Origin: a virus
DNA length: 64,000 nucleotides
Virus record (IMG/VR): IMGVR_UViG_3300034082_004296
Coordinates: 112,211-176,210 of that record
Strand: one strand, 5' to 3'
Shown one piece after another: positions 20,503-30,195 of the stretch. A program made the translations under genes and the position numbers. How positions within the stretch are numbered: the first letter of the stretch is position 1; each line of letters starts with the position of its first letter. The notes below the pieces were generated by a model. That model searched no databases, was not told the DNA's origin, and saw only the letters and a program-made list of their open reading frames with translations.

Positions 20503-21110
20503 TGAAACATCTATTAACATATCAACAATTATTTGAGGATGCGACTCAAGTAGAGTCTATACCTACAGAAAAAACTAAGATATCTGGCGGAGATATCATA
20601 TTTTCTAAAAACAAGACGGCTCCTTTGCTCATGGTCTACGGTGGAATACCGGTTGGCGGAAAACAAAGTGGTGGAGAAAATGGTTACATGTGGAAATATG
20701 TAGATAAACTAAAAAACAAATACCACATATTCGTTGCATCAAACCATAGAGTAGACGGTGATTCTACATATAAAAGCGTTTTACAACAATTAGAAAAATA
20801 TGGAATAAAACCTTCATCAAAAGTACTATATCTTTTTTCTGGAGGATATCGTCCAGGTATGCCCATTTTAAAAAATAAGGCGGCCGATTTTTCTAAAGTC
20901 TTATTAGTTGATATTTGGATGAAGGGCTCAATTATCTCTGATTTTTATACTAAATTTGCTAAAGATAATTCGTCAAAAGTTAAATATTATTACACTGATT
21001 TTGGTGCAAATAATTCAACCGCTCGAGATCTAATCGTCAAGATTGCAAGTACTTCAAAGAAAAAAACTGGTCACATGGAAACTAATGACGATGCTGTTAG
21101 TTCACTATAG
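20502..21110 (+). CDS. Putative capsid-internal alpha/beta-hydrolase-like protein
   Basis: Start reassigned to ATG 20502 (TAATG overlap), giving MKHLLTYQQLFE; VYGG and LYLFSGG elbow-like motif, C-terminal GH. Confidence 0.5.
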   Translation: MKHLLTYQQLFEDATQVESIPTEKTKISGGDIIFSKNKTAPLLMVYGGIPVGGKQSGGENGYMWKYVDKLKNKYHIFVASNHRVDGDSTYKSVLQQLEKYGIKPSSKVLYLFSGGYRPGMPILKNKAADFSKVLLVDIWMKGSIISDFYTKFAKDNSSKVKYYYTDFGANNSTARDLIVKIASTSKKKTGHMETNDDAVSSL

Positions 21111-21126
21111 TAATAGATAAAGAAAC

Positions 21127-21399
21127 ATGAAACTGCCATTTGAAGAGACTCAAATAACCGACGACACTTATATTCGTGAGTTTTCACAAGAGTCCGATGT
21201 TAATGAATTTACCTGGCATAGGGATGATGAAGATAGAATGATAGTCGCGACTGAACCTACTGATTGGAAGATCCAATTAGAGAACAAGTTACCTCAAGGA
21301 TTAAGTTCAACCGTATTTATAGAACGAGGAGAGTGGCATAGATTAATAAAAGGAACAGGTAAGCTTACCGTAAAAATAACAAAAAGCGATAACTCATGA
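21127..21399 (+). CDS. Small cupin-like protein
   Basis: WHRDDEDR...VFIERGEWHRLIKG cupin His motifs. Confidence 0.6.
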   Translation: MKLPFEETQITDDTYIREFSQESDVNEFTWHRDDEDRMIVATEPTDWKIQLENKLPQGLSSTVFIERGEWHRLIKGTGKLTVKITKSDNS

Positions 21400-22085
21400 A
21401 AAACCTATTAAAATACAATCAATTTTTGATTCTAGAACAAGGAACAAATTCTTGCCCATTGGCAACTCAAAATCTTGAGTTAAACACTAAAAATAGGAAT
21501 AAGTCAATAGAGGCAGAATATATTCAATATGGCCCATTAAATTTGAATGATGAAGATTATTGGGCAAGGTACGCTAAAAAATGGAATACTGAGCCTGAAG
21601 TCGCAAAGAAATCTAATTGTGGAAACTGTGTAGCCTTTGATATTTCTCCAAGAATGGAAGCGTGCATGCCTGGTGAAGTCAGTGATCCTGAAGGAAGACT
21701 TGGTTACTGTTGGATGCACCATTTTAAGTGTCACTCTGCCCGTACTTGTTATACCTGGGCAGCAGGCGGACCTATTACAGAAGATCAAGTTTCAGCGGAT
21801 TGGCAAAGTAAAAATGGAGGAGAGGTTAACGAAAAGAGAAAAACCAAAAATTCTCCAGACTGGCACGATTCAGATGCACCAGACGCTAATGGAAAATTCA
21901 AAGAACTTGGAGTAAAGGAGCTAGCTAAATGGTTAATTAGAACTAGGGGTGGAGATATGCGTAAGATTACAGGAAGCTTAAATCAACAGATAGTCTTTAA
22001 CCGAAACGATAATCCAAGTTATGCTAAAAAGATGGAAAGCGTTCGTGCAGAAGTCAAACGACAGTTAGCTAAAAGAAAAAAATAA
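21396..22085 (+). CDS. Putative capsid-internal protein, Cys-rich domain plus basic domain
   Basis: N-terminal tag LLKYNQFLILE; CGNC...C...GYCWMHHFKCHSARTC metal-binding motif. Confidence 0.6.
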   Translation: MKNLLKYNQFLILEQGTNSCPLATQNLELNTKNRNKSIEAEYIQYGPLNLNDEDYWARYAKKWNTEPEVAKKSNCGNCVAFDISPRMEACMPGEVSDPEGRLGYCWMHHFKCHSARTCYTWAAGGPITEDQVSADWQSKNGGEVNEKRKTKNSPDWHDSDAPDANGKFKELGVKELAKWLIRTRGGDMRKITGSLNQQIVFNRNDNPSYAKKMESVRAEVKRQLAKRKK

Positions 22086-22091
22086 AAAGGG

Positions 22092-22556
22092 ATGATTCTT
22101 ACATTTGAACAATACTGTATTCTTGAGAGCAAAAAACAAAAGGCTCATCCTAGAAAATATAAAGCACCAGAAGGAAGCTCTCGAGATAAGAAACTAGATA
22201 AAGCGCAAGACCTACTTAAATCTGGCAATAAAGAAGAGGCATACCGACTTCGAGACGATATGGAGAAAGCCGAACGAGAAAAGAAGGGCTGGAAAAATAC
22301 TCCACGAAAAGACTCTAAAGTAAATGAAGCTAAATCGAATAACTTAAGTAAAGAAACACTTGCTAAGATTAGAGCAGTTGCAACTAAAAAAGGTTATTCA
22401 TTTGCTGATTTAAAACGTGAATATATCAAAGGATTGGGTGCATTCTATTCTTCAGGTTCTAGACCAGGAATGACTGCTCATCAGTGGGCTATGGCAAGAG
22501 TAAACTCAGCAAGTCCAAGTAAATCTTGGGCAAATGTCAAAAAAGTAAAAAAATAA
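22092..22556 (+). CDS. Putative capsid-internal basic protein (DUF5824-like C-terminus)
   Basis: N-terminal tag ILTFEQYCILE; GLGAFYSSGSRPGMTAHQWAMARVNS motif. Confidence 0.55.
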   Translation: MILTFEQYCILESKKQKAHPRKYKAPEGSSRDKKLDKAQDLLKSGNKEEAYRLRDDMEKAEREKKGWKNTPRKDSKVNEAKSNNLSKETLAKIRAVATKKGYSFADLKREYIKGLGAFYSSGSRPGMTAHQWAMARVNSASPSKSWANVKKVKK

Positions 22557-22559
22557 AAT

Positions 22560-23111
22560 ATGTTACTTAACGTAAGACAAAACGGATTTATCTTTAACTT
22601 TCCACCGGACTTTTTTGCGCCTGAAATCAAGGAAAAATACAAGAAATATTATCAGAGTCTCATATTGCCATATGACACGATTGATGAATTTATGTCAGCC
22701 ACGATTCAGTCTATCGACTTTCCTGGATGGACGATGGATCCTGCAACACAGACTCGACTATTTGGTAAACAACAAGAATACAAGAGTTCAAAGCAAGTGG
22801 TAGACTTGTTCACTCGAGAGTTTACCCTGACCTTTAAGCTTACTGATGCATACTTAAATTACTTTATTTTCTTAGAGAACTCTCTAAAATATCTGGATTT
22901 CAATAATAAGAACCAGCCGACGTTTTCTCCTATGCGACTATCCCTATTAGACAATGAGGGATATTTAGTCTCGTCAATCATTTTTAAGAGACCGGTCCTA
23001 AAAAGCCAAGATGGTTTTAAACTATCATATAGTTCATCCACGCCAGACTTTACCACTTTTACTGCAAAATTTGTCTATTTTGATTTTGATATTGAGTTAG
23101 ATTTTAATTAA
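22560..23111 (+). CDS. Tail tube-fold protein (gp19/gp3/gp54-like)
   Basis: IQSIDFPG...REFTLTFKL...LSLLDNEG...FTAKFVY pattern of tube-like proteins. Confidence 0.5.
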   Translation: MLLNVRQNGFIFNFPPDFFAPEIKEKYKKYYQSLILPYDTIDEFMSATIQSIDFPGWTMDPATQTRLFGKQQEYKSSKQVVDLFTREFTLTFKLTDAYLNYFIFLENSLKYLDFNNKNQPTFSPMRLSLLDNEGYLVSSIIFKRPVLKSQDGFKLSYSSSTPDFTTFTAKFVYFDFDIELDFN

Positions 23112-23165
23112 AACTCTCAGTGTATTTCATAGTATATTTTAGTCAAAATAACACTATTTTGACTC

Positions 23166-24056
23166 ATGGCAAAGAAACCCGTAAATAAGTTTTCAGTATT
23201 CCACATCGAAGGAGGTTTAGGAAAACACATTGCTGCGACAGCCGTCGCAAAATGTATCAAAAATAATCACCCAGACCGAGAGCTAATAATCGTCTGTGCA
23301 TATCCAGAAATATTTTTAAACCTATCTTTCGTTGATAGAGTTTACCGGATTGGGAACACTCCATACTTCTATAGAGATTTTATTGAAGGAAAGGACAGCT
23401 TAATCTTTAAACATGAGCCTTATTTCACGACAGATCACATTCATCGTGAGTTACCCTTAATTGAAAACTGGTGCAAGTTATACGACTTAAACTTTTCAGG
23501 AGAGTCGCCTGAACTAGTCTTTAACCTTCGACAGAGACAGTTTGGATTTAAAAAGTGGAACAGATCTAAACCTATTGCTGTGATTCAAACAAATGGGGGA
23601 CCTTTACATGACCAACCCTATCTTTATTCTTGGACTAGAGATATCCCTTATGATATATCAAGTTCATTGGTAAATCAATTGAGTCTAAACTATCATGTGA
23701 TTCAAGTATGCAGGTCACAGGAGCAAGTAATACCTGGAACAGAGGTTATCTCTGAACCAATGTCAAATATGGAACTTCTTTCTCTTCTGCTTTTCTCAGA
23801 AAAGAGAGTGCTAATTGATTCTTCTCTACAGCATGCATCAGCAGCCTTAGGTTTAAAATCAACTGTTTTATGGATAGGTACTTCACCCAAGGTGTTTGGT
23901 TACTCCTTACATTCCAATATAGTAGCAGATCTTCCTAATACTGTGAAACTGCCTGATAGTTATCTATTTGACTACAATTTCAATGGATCAAATCACGAGT
24001 GTCCACTAGTTGATGAAAACATCTTTGATGTTTCAGAAATATTGAACTCCCTATAA
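23166..24056 (+). CDS. Glycosyltransferase, GT9/heptosyltransferase-like
   Basis: GGLGKHI (GLGD-like) N-terminus; IDSSLQHASAALGLKSTVLW. Confidence 0.75.
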   Translation: MAKKPVNKFSVFHIEGGLGKHIAATAVAKCIKNNHPDRELIIVCAYPEIFLNLSFVDRVYRIGNTPYFYRDFIEGKDSLIFKHEPYFTTDHIHRELPLIENWCKLYDLNFSGESPELVFNLRQRQFGFKKWNRSKPIAVIQTNGGPLHDQPYLYSWTRDIPYDISSSLVNQLSLNYHVIQVCRSQEQVIPGTEVISEPMSNMELLSLLLFSEKRVLIDSSLQHASAALGLKSTVLWIGTSPKVFGYSLHSNIVADLPNTVKLPDSYLFDYNFNGSNHECPLVDENIFDVSEILNSL

Positions 24057-24691
24057 TGGATTTTACTCATCGACCCATAAATATCAATGAGTATTTCGAT
24101 AAGATCTTTTACATCAATCTAGATAAGGATGTTCATCGCAATGAGAACCTACTTCAACAGTTTGAAAAGTTTAACATCACAAACTTTGAAAGAGTCACCG
24201 GAGTCAGAGCCATGCAGATTCCAGAAAGATCACAATATCGTAATTTCATAAAATCTGATTCAAAATACATAATGGGTCAGCTTGGGTGCAGGGCTTCTCA
24301 CATATCGGTTGTACAGCTAGCCAAGGCTAGAGGATATTCAAGGATCCTAATACTAGAGGATGATGTCCTATTTTTAGAGGACCCATCATCACTTCTCATG
24401 GCAAACCAATGGTTACATAATGACTGGGACATGCTATATTTTGGCGGATTAGTCGAACCCTTTTTTAGAAACCAAATAGTGTGTGCACACGCGTACGGAA
24501 TAAATTCAAACCTGTTTGATGATATTCTAGAACTTGGCCCAGTGTCTGGCATGGAGATAGATAATTTTTATGCAAAGATAATTCAACACATGAGTTATAA
24601 TCATACGAATATAGGTAAGTATAGAATTAGAATCATCCAGCCATTTAACAAGATAGTCCAGGATAAAAATCACGAATCTAACATTATATGA
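24056..24691 (+). CDS. Glycosyltransferase family 25
   Basis: YINLDK..HR, GCRASH, LILEDD, WDMLYFGG, AHAYGI motifs. Confidence 0.85.
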   Translation: MDFTHRPININEYFDKIFYINLDKDVHRNENLLQQFEKFNITNFERVTGVRAMQIPERSQYRNFIKSDSKYIMGQLGCRASHISVVQLAKARGYSRILILEDDVLFLEDPSSLLMANQWLHNDWDMLYFGGLVEPFFRNQIVCAHAYGINSNLFDDILELGPVSGMEIDNFYAKIIQHMSYNHTNIGKYRIRIIQPFNKIVQDKNHESNII

Positions 24692-25503
24692 AAAAACTAT
24701 TCTTTCAGTCATCATTACCTAGAGCAGGTTCTACCCTTTTGCAAAACATAATGGGTCAGAATCCAGAATTCTATGTGACACCCACTTCGGGAGTCCTAGA
24801 GCTAGTGTATGCTGCCAGAAACAATTACACTAATTCGGCTGAGTTTAAGGCACAGGACACATCCCTAATGAAAACTGGATTTACTCAGTTTTGTCACGAT
24901 GGAGTATTGGGATTCTTTAATGGAGTCACAGATAAGCCTTATGTTTTAGATAAGAGCAGAGGCTGGGGAGTACACTATGGGTTTCTAAACTCTTTTTATC
25001 CGGATCCCAAGGTAGTGTGTATGGTGAGAGACTTGCGTGGAATATTTGCCTCAATGGAAAAAAACTTTCGTAAGAATCCTCACCTTGATTCAGGAATAGT
25101 GAATCACGCTACGATGACAGGCACGACCACTGAGAAGAGAATAGATGTTTGGTCATCGGGTCAACCTGTAGGGCTTGCAATAGAAAGATTATATCAGATA
25201 TTTAAGGAGGGCATTGATAAAAAGATGCTCTTTATCAAGTATGAGGATTTAGCCAAGAATCCTGAACCCGAAATGAGGAAGATTTATCAATACTTTGAGC
25301 TTCCTTATTTTAGTCATGATTTTGATAATATTGAGCAGATAACTCAAGAAGACGATTCCGTATATGGAATATATGGCGATCACAAGATTCGTAAAAAGCT
25401 AGAGCCATTGAAATCTGATTATAAAGAAGTATTAGGCCAAGAAGCCTGTAACTGGATCAAGAATAAATATAGATGGTTCTATGATGAATTTAAGTATTAT
25501 TAA
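24688..25503 (+). CDS. Sulfotransferase
   Basis: LPRAGSTLL (5'-PSB loop), DKSR, MVRDLRGIFAS (3'-PB), IKYEDL. Confidence 0.85.
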   Translation: MKKLFFQSSLPRAGSTLLQNIMGQNPEFYVTPTSGVLELVYAARNNYTNSAEFKAQDTSLMKTGFTQFCHDGVLGFFNGVTDKPYVLDKSRGWGVHYGFLNSFYPDPKVVCMVRDLRGIFASMEKNFRKNPHLDSGIVNHATMTGTTTEKRIDVWSSGQPVGLAIERLYQIFKEGIDKKMLFIKYEDLAKNPEPEMRKIYQYFELPYFSHDFDNIEQITQEDDSVYGIYGDHKIRKKLEPLKSDYKEVLGQEACNWIKNKYRWFYDEFKYY

Positions 25504-25504
25504 A

Positions 25505-25981
25505 CTATTCAGTTGGACTCGATGCCAATTGATCGATCGCAATAATTAAACTATCAACATTGCCTTTAATATTTTCTGAAATAGTTAGATATGGAATCCC
25601 AATCTGTTGCTTAATATTTTCTCTAACTGGCAATGTTAAGTTACGTAATATTCTTTCACGTAGTCCTTTTTCTTTATCTGGAATAGTTCTAAATGTCATT
25701 TCATTATTGTAAAATTGAGTAAATATTATTTCTCGAGAATTTCCTATTGGCTCAGGCTTGGGTCCTTCTTTATCAATCTCAAAAGCAGTTCTTGGATTAA
25801 GAGATTTTAAATACTCATTCAAGTCAGCTAGGATAAGTGAATTACTATTACTTAATTCAACATACCTTTCTAGATTTACTGAATAATTGATTGATCTTGA
25901 CTTTACTACATACTTTGCAATCCAGCCTTGACTCTGTTTAATTATCATTAATGAATCGAATGAGGGTACTACTTCTGCCAT
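25505..25981 (-). CDS. Hypothetical protein
   Basis: 158 aa ORF at the end of the minus-strand fibre operon. Confidence 0.55.
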   Translation of the reverse strand: MAEVVPSFDSLMIIKQSQGWIAKYVVKSRSINYSVNLERYVELSNSNSLILADLNEYLKSLNPRTAFEIDKEGPKPEPIGNSREIIFTQFYNNEMTFRTIPDKEKGLRERILRNLTLPVRENIKQQIGIPYLTISENIKGNVDSLIIAIDQLASSPTE

Positions 25982-26000
25982 CTAGTTTTTATTTTTTTAA

Positions 26001-27089
26001 TTATGGAACAAAATACAGCCTATTTGAGTCAGTCGAGCAATAATATACTGATTTTGGCGGTAGACCGGCCGACCCGTCTTGTAAGTTCATGATCGAGAGT
26101 TGGTTTACAAATGTTGCACAAGACCTATTTGCAGTGATATTGCTTCCAACGATCATTGCTCGTGGACAGCCACCATCGCTATTTGAGTCTCCTCCAGCAA
26201 TTATTGAATATCCTCCACTTGCAGTGTTGTTAAAACCGCCTGAAATAGTTGAATATCCTCCACTTGCAGTGTTGTTAATACCGCCTGAAATAGTTGAATA
26301 TCCTCCACTTGCAGTGTTACTTGTTCCTCCACCGATCGTTGCTGAATAGTATCCGCTTGCCGTGTTATTTCTACCACCTGCGATGGTTGAATAGTTACCG
26401 CTTGCAGTATTGCTAGAACCGCCTCCTATTGTTTCGTTTCCATAATATGAGCTAGCTGTATTTGAAAATCCTCCGCCGATTGTTGAAAGGCCATAGTATG
26501 AACTAACTGTGTTTCCATATCCTCCGCCTATCGTTGAATAGTAAGAGCTCGCAGTATTAACAACGCCGCCGCCAACGCTAGAACCTATTCCGGATGCAGC
26601 ATTAGAATAACCACCGCTAACAGTCGTTGCGATATTTGCTGCAAAGTTATTATATCCTCCGCTAACAGTAGTATAATCAGAACTAGCAACGTTTAGTGCT
26701 CCGCCGGATACGACTGCGTAATATCCGCTTGCAGTGTTTGTAAATCCTCCACCGACCGTGTTTAAATCATTATTGCCTGCAGTGTTTCCATATCCTCCGC
26801 TAACAGTCGAGGCATATCCGCTTGCAGTATTGTCATATCCGCCGCTAACCGTTGAATAGGTTGAGCTTGCAACATTTGAATTATCTATTCTATACGTTGA
26901 TCCTGCGCCTGCACCTTCACTAACCGCTCCAGCTCCTTCAAGAAGCGTAATCGTACCTGCTGAGTCTATTTTTTTTAGTGCTCCTGCGTCGTCGAGATCA
27001 AAACCTATAAAGTAACTCCCTGCCTCTATTTGAGTGTAGTCAAGTGATGAAAACGAGACTTTAGGCATCTCCATTCCAGATCCGTACAT
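26001..27089 (-). CDS. Beta-helical (YadA-head-like) fibre/adhesin protein
   Basis: ~15 repeats of ~15 aa (NTASGxYSTxxGGxx); late box at 27105-27113 (-). Confidence 0.7.
   Translation of the reverse strand: MYGSGMEMPKVSFSSLDYTQIEAGSYFIGFDLDDAGALKKIDSAGTITLLEGAGAVSEGAGAGSTYRIDNSNVASSTYSTVSGGYDNTASGYASTVSGGYGNTAGNNDLNTVGGGFTNTASGYYAVVSGGALNVASSDYTTVSGGYNNFAANIATTVSGGYSNAASGIGSSVGGGVVNTASSYYSTIGGGYGNTVSSYYGLSTIGGGFSNTASSYYGNETIGGGSSNTASGNYSTIAGGRNNTASGYYSATIGGGTSNTASGGYSTISGGINNTASGGYSTISGGFNNTASGGYSIIAGGDSNSDGGCPRAMIVGSNITANRSCATFVNQLSIMNLQDGSAGLPPKSVYYCSTDSNRLYFVP
26204..26318. repeat. Near-perfect 45-bp tandem repeat (~2.5 copies)
   Basis: TTGAATATCCTCCACTTGCAGTGTT starts at 26204, 26249 and 26294; encodes NTASGGYSTISGGxN. 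Confidence 0.9.
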
Positions 27090-27118
27090 GTTAGTCCTTT
27101 TATTTTATTTATCTTGAT

Positions 27119-28300
27119 TTATAATCGAACTCCTTCTATCGCAAAGGTTGTTTGATTATAATAGAAATATGTGTTTCCAGTGACTCCACCGGTGCCTATT
27201 GTGATTGCTGCAGTTGCTGCGGCTCTATCTACATAACTTGGTAAATTTAAGTTACTAAGTATAGTTGATCCAGATATAGCATTACATGATCCAGCACACG
27301 TTCCTAAAGCAATCACATCGCTACCTGTATTGCAATAAGCAGATCGATATCCTGATGCAGTCACAGTATCTCCGGAATTTCCATATGCGGAACGATAACC
27401 CGATGCAGTTACATAGTTTCCAATATTATTACTTGCTGAAAGAAATCCAACTGCCGTGATAAGACTTCCAGTATTGCAATATGCTGAATTGCTTCCAACT
27501 GCCGTTACTTGATTGCCACTATTGAAGTATGATGAAAAGCTTCCTATTGCAGTAAGAACATCTCCAGTATTACAGTAACCAGAGTGAGTTCCAACAGTTA
27601 CAACATTATTTCCTGTATTACAGTATGCTGAGTATGTTCCAACTGCTGCAATGTTGGATCCAGTGTTATGATATGCTGAGTATGTTCCAGACGCAGTCGT
27701 ATAATTTCCAGTATTACAGTATGCTGATCCTCTTCCTAGTGCAGATACACCGCTTCCAGTATTACACTGTGCAGAAAAGTAACCTGAAGCCGTCACATTA
27801 TTCCCTGTGTTGCAATATGCTGAAAATGCACCAGTAGAAGTTACCTGACTTCCAGTATTTTGATAAGCTGCACTTTCTCCAAAAGCGGTTAACTTATTTC
27901 CAGTATTAAAGAATGCTGATTGATAGCCTGATGAGGTAACTCCCATCCCAGTGTTACAAAAAGATGAAGTTGCACCAATTGCGACCACTCCGTTTCCAGT
28001 ATTGCATCGAGCTGCGTCTGTACCCAATGCAATTATGCTAGATCCAGTGTTTCCATCACCTGCACACGTACCTTGAAAGTTATTTCCATTTACAAGGTCA
28101 TGGTTGAAATCTAAAACTTGTTGTAGTGTCGGAATTCCACCGCCTCCTTCAACAGTTGTGATATTTCCAAGATGATCCATCTTAGAAAGGACACCAGAGT
28201 TATCTAGATCAAAACCTACAAAGTAGCTCCCGACAGGTATGTTTGAATAGGTGAGTGTTGCAAACGAGACTTTAGGTAATTCTATTCCAGACTTATACAT
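27119..28300 (-). CDS. Beta-helical fibre/adhesin protein, 16-aa repeats
   Basis: ~16 repeats of CNTGxxVTAxGxxSAY; N-terminus paralogous to 26001-27089. Confidence 0.7.
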   Translation of the reverse strand: MYKSGIELPKVSFATLTYSNIPVGSYFVGFDLDNSGVLSKMDHLGNITTVEGGGGIPTLQQVLDFNHDLVNGNNFQGTCAGDGNTGSSIIALGTDAARCNTGNGVVAIGATSSFCNTGMGVTSSGYQSAFFNTGNKLTAFGESAAYQNTGSQVTSTGAFSAYCNTGNNVTASGYFSAQCNTGSGVSALGRGSAYCNTGNYTTASGTYSAYHNTGSNIAAVGTYSAYCNTGNNVVTVGTHSGYCNTGDVLTAIGSFSSYFNSGNQVTAVGSNSAYCNTGSLITAVGFLSASNNIGNYVTASGYRSAYGNSGDTVTASGYRSAYCNTGSDVIALGTCAGSCNAISGSTILSNLNLPSYVDRAAATAAITIGTGGVTGNTYFYYNQTTFAIEGVRL

Positions 28301-28314
28301 AATTTTCTTATTTT

Positions 28315-30189
28315 TTAATATATCTTATTTAAAACAAATATTTCAGTAAAAATAAAATTCGCTGCGTTTGTTGAGTTAAATTGTGCAGTGACATCCAGCT
28401 GATTAGGAATCGTTGTATCAAAAGTAGTTTGATTTAAAGTACTAAAATTATCACCTTCAAAGCTGCTACCTGCATTTTGAGTAAATGTAAAATAGCCCGA
28501 AGATAATAAACTAGCTGTTCCTGCAGTACCTAGCGATCTAACAGTAAAGGTTACATCAAAGGAAAAGTGTGAAGATGTAACATTTGGCATATTGATTGGA
28601 CCGACTACCCCAAATTCAGCTGAACCTGACTTAACTCTCAATGTTAAGGTATCGCCATTGTTAGCACCTAAATCTCCAGATATTCTTACAGCAAATGAAT
28701 CGCCTACGCTAAACCCATTTGAAGGTACAGATAATGAACCTATTCCGCTACCGATTAGACTCAATTCTGAGAGCGTGCCTGATATTGTTGTGCTATTGCT
28801 AGTTTGTGCAAATAGACCATAAACAGTTGGTCCAGGAATAGTCTTGTACTTAACTATCCCACTGACTGCGTCCCTTACTAGATAATTAGTAGCAGCCTGA
28901 TCCTGAGTAGGGGTGTTGACTATTGCTAAGTTATTTACGTGAAAGGTGTTTGCCTGTATAGCATTTATGTTACAGCCAAATATTCCAGAAAAACTGCAGC
29001 TTGCCGTGTTTCCGCAACCTCCAAGTATAGCCGAATAGCAACCTGAAGCGACATTGCATTTGCCTACTAAGACAGCTGAATAGTGTGCACTCGCAGTATT
29101 GCGACATCCTCCAAGTATTGATGAGTTACAACCTGATGAAGTATTGCAATATCCTCCACTAACGGTAGATGACCAGGCAGTCGCTCGGTTTTGTGAACCT
29201 CCACTAACTGTTGCATAAGTATTCGAAGATGTGTTAGCAAAACCTCCACCAACTGTTGATGTTGCGCCAGATGCAGCATTATTATATCCTCCGCTAATAG
29301 CTGAGTCATAACCAGAAGCCGTGTTAGATCGTCCGCCTCCAATTGTTGAACATCTTGCACTTGCAGTATTATTACAGCCACCAGCAATTGTCGAAGCTAA
29401 TCCACTTGCAGTATTACCGCGCCCTCCTCCAAGTGAAGACCATGCACCAGTAGCACAAGCTGTGTTACACTCTCCACCACTGACTATTGATCCAGCTGAA
29501 TATACTGCATTCAATCGACCTCCTCCAATTGTTGAATAAGATGAGCTTGCTGTATTGCAATATCCTCCGCTGATTACTGAACCGTTTCCACAAGTTTGAT
29601 TTGCTTTATTGCAACATCCGCCACCAACGGTCGAACCAGTTCCACCTGCAATATTACTACATCCTCCGCCAATTGTAGAATAGCTAAATGACGCAGTATT
29701 ACACATTCCCCCACTGACAATTGAACTCTGCCCACTTGCAGTATTGCCGCGTCCTCCTGAGACGGTTGTAAAAACGTTACTTGCACAGTTTATCGCTCCT
29801 CCGCCTATTGTTGAATTTCCGCTAGTTGTGACGTTATTACATCCTCCACTAATAGTCGCTGCGTATCCACTTGCGGTGTTACATATTCCTCCGCTAAGCG
29901 TTGAATAATTACTGCTAGCAATATTACATTTACCGCCAGAAACAGTTGAGCCTGCACCGCTTGCTGTGTTACATGTATCTATTCTATAGGTTGAACATAG
30001 TCCTGCACCAACATCTATTACTCCACCACTGCTTCCAACTACGCTCTCTATTCCAGTGTCATCCAGACAATACCAACAACCATCTGATTTAGCGTAAATC
30101 TTACTGTATCCCAGTTCTGGTGGCACAGGAGTCGATGCGACTTTTTTATGTTGAGGGATGCTATGATTTTTCTTTCCTTGGTATGGCAT
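28315..30189 (-). CDS. Cys-rich beta-helical fibre/adhesin protein
   Basis: ~20 repeats of CNTASxxxSTIGGGx, followed by a distinct C-terminal beta domain. Confidence 0.7.
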   Translation of the reverse strand: MPYQGKKNHSIPQHKKVASTPVPPELGYSKIYAKSDGCWYCLDDTGIESVVGSSGGVIDVGAGLCSTYRIDTCNTASGAGSTVSGGKCNIASSNYSTLSGGICNTASGYAATISGGCNNVTTSGNSTIGGGAINCASNVFTTVSGGRGNTASGQSSIVSGGMCNTASFSYSTIGGGCSNIAGGTGSTVGGGCCNKANQTCGNGSVISGGYCNTASSSYSTIGGGRLNAVYSAGSIVSGGECNTACATGAWSSLGGGRGNTASGLASTIAGGCNNTASARCSTIGGGRSNTASGYDSAISGGYNNAASGATSTVGGGFANTSSNTYATVSGGSQNRATAWSSTVSGGYCNTSSGCNSSILGGCRNTASAHYSAVLVGKCNVASGCYSAILGGCGNTASCSFSGIFGCNINAIQANTFHVNNLAIVNTPTQDQAATNYLVRDAVSGIVKYKTIPGPTVYGLFAQTSNSTTISGTLSELSLIGSGIGSLSVPSNGFSVGDSFAVRISGDLGANNGDTLTLRVKSGSAEFGVVGPINMPNVTSSHFSFDVTFTVRSLGTAGTASLLSSGYFTFTQNAGSSFEGDNFSTLNQTTFDTTIPNQLDVTAQFNSTNAANFIFTEIFVLNKIY

Positions 30190-30195
30190 GGCTCA

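Noticed and set aside
26001-30189. Periodic DNA repeats as a CRISPR array or DGR template/variable repeats
   Set aside because: Repeats are in-frame coding units without unique spacers; no cas gene, reverse transcriptase or adenine-specific mismatch pattern seen
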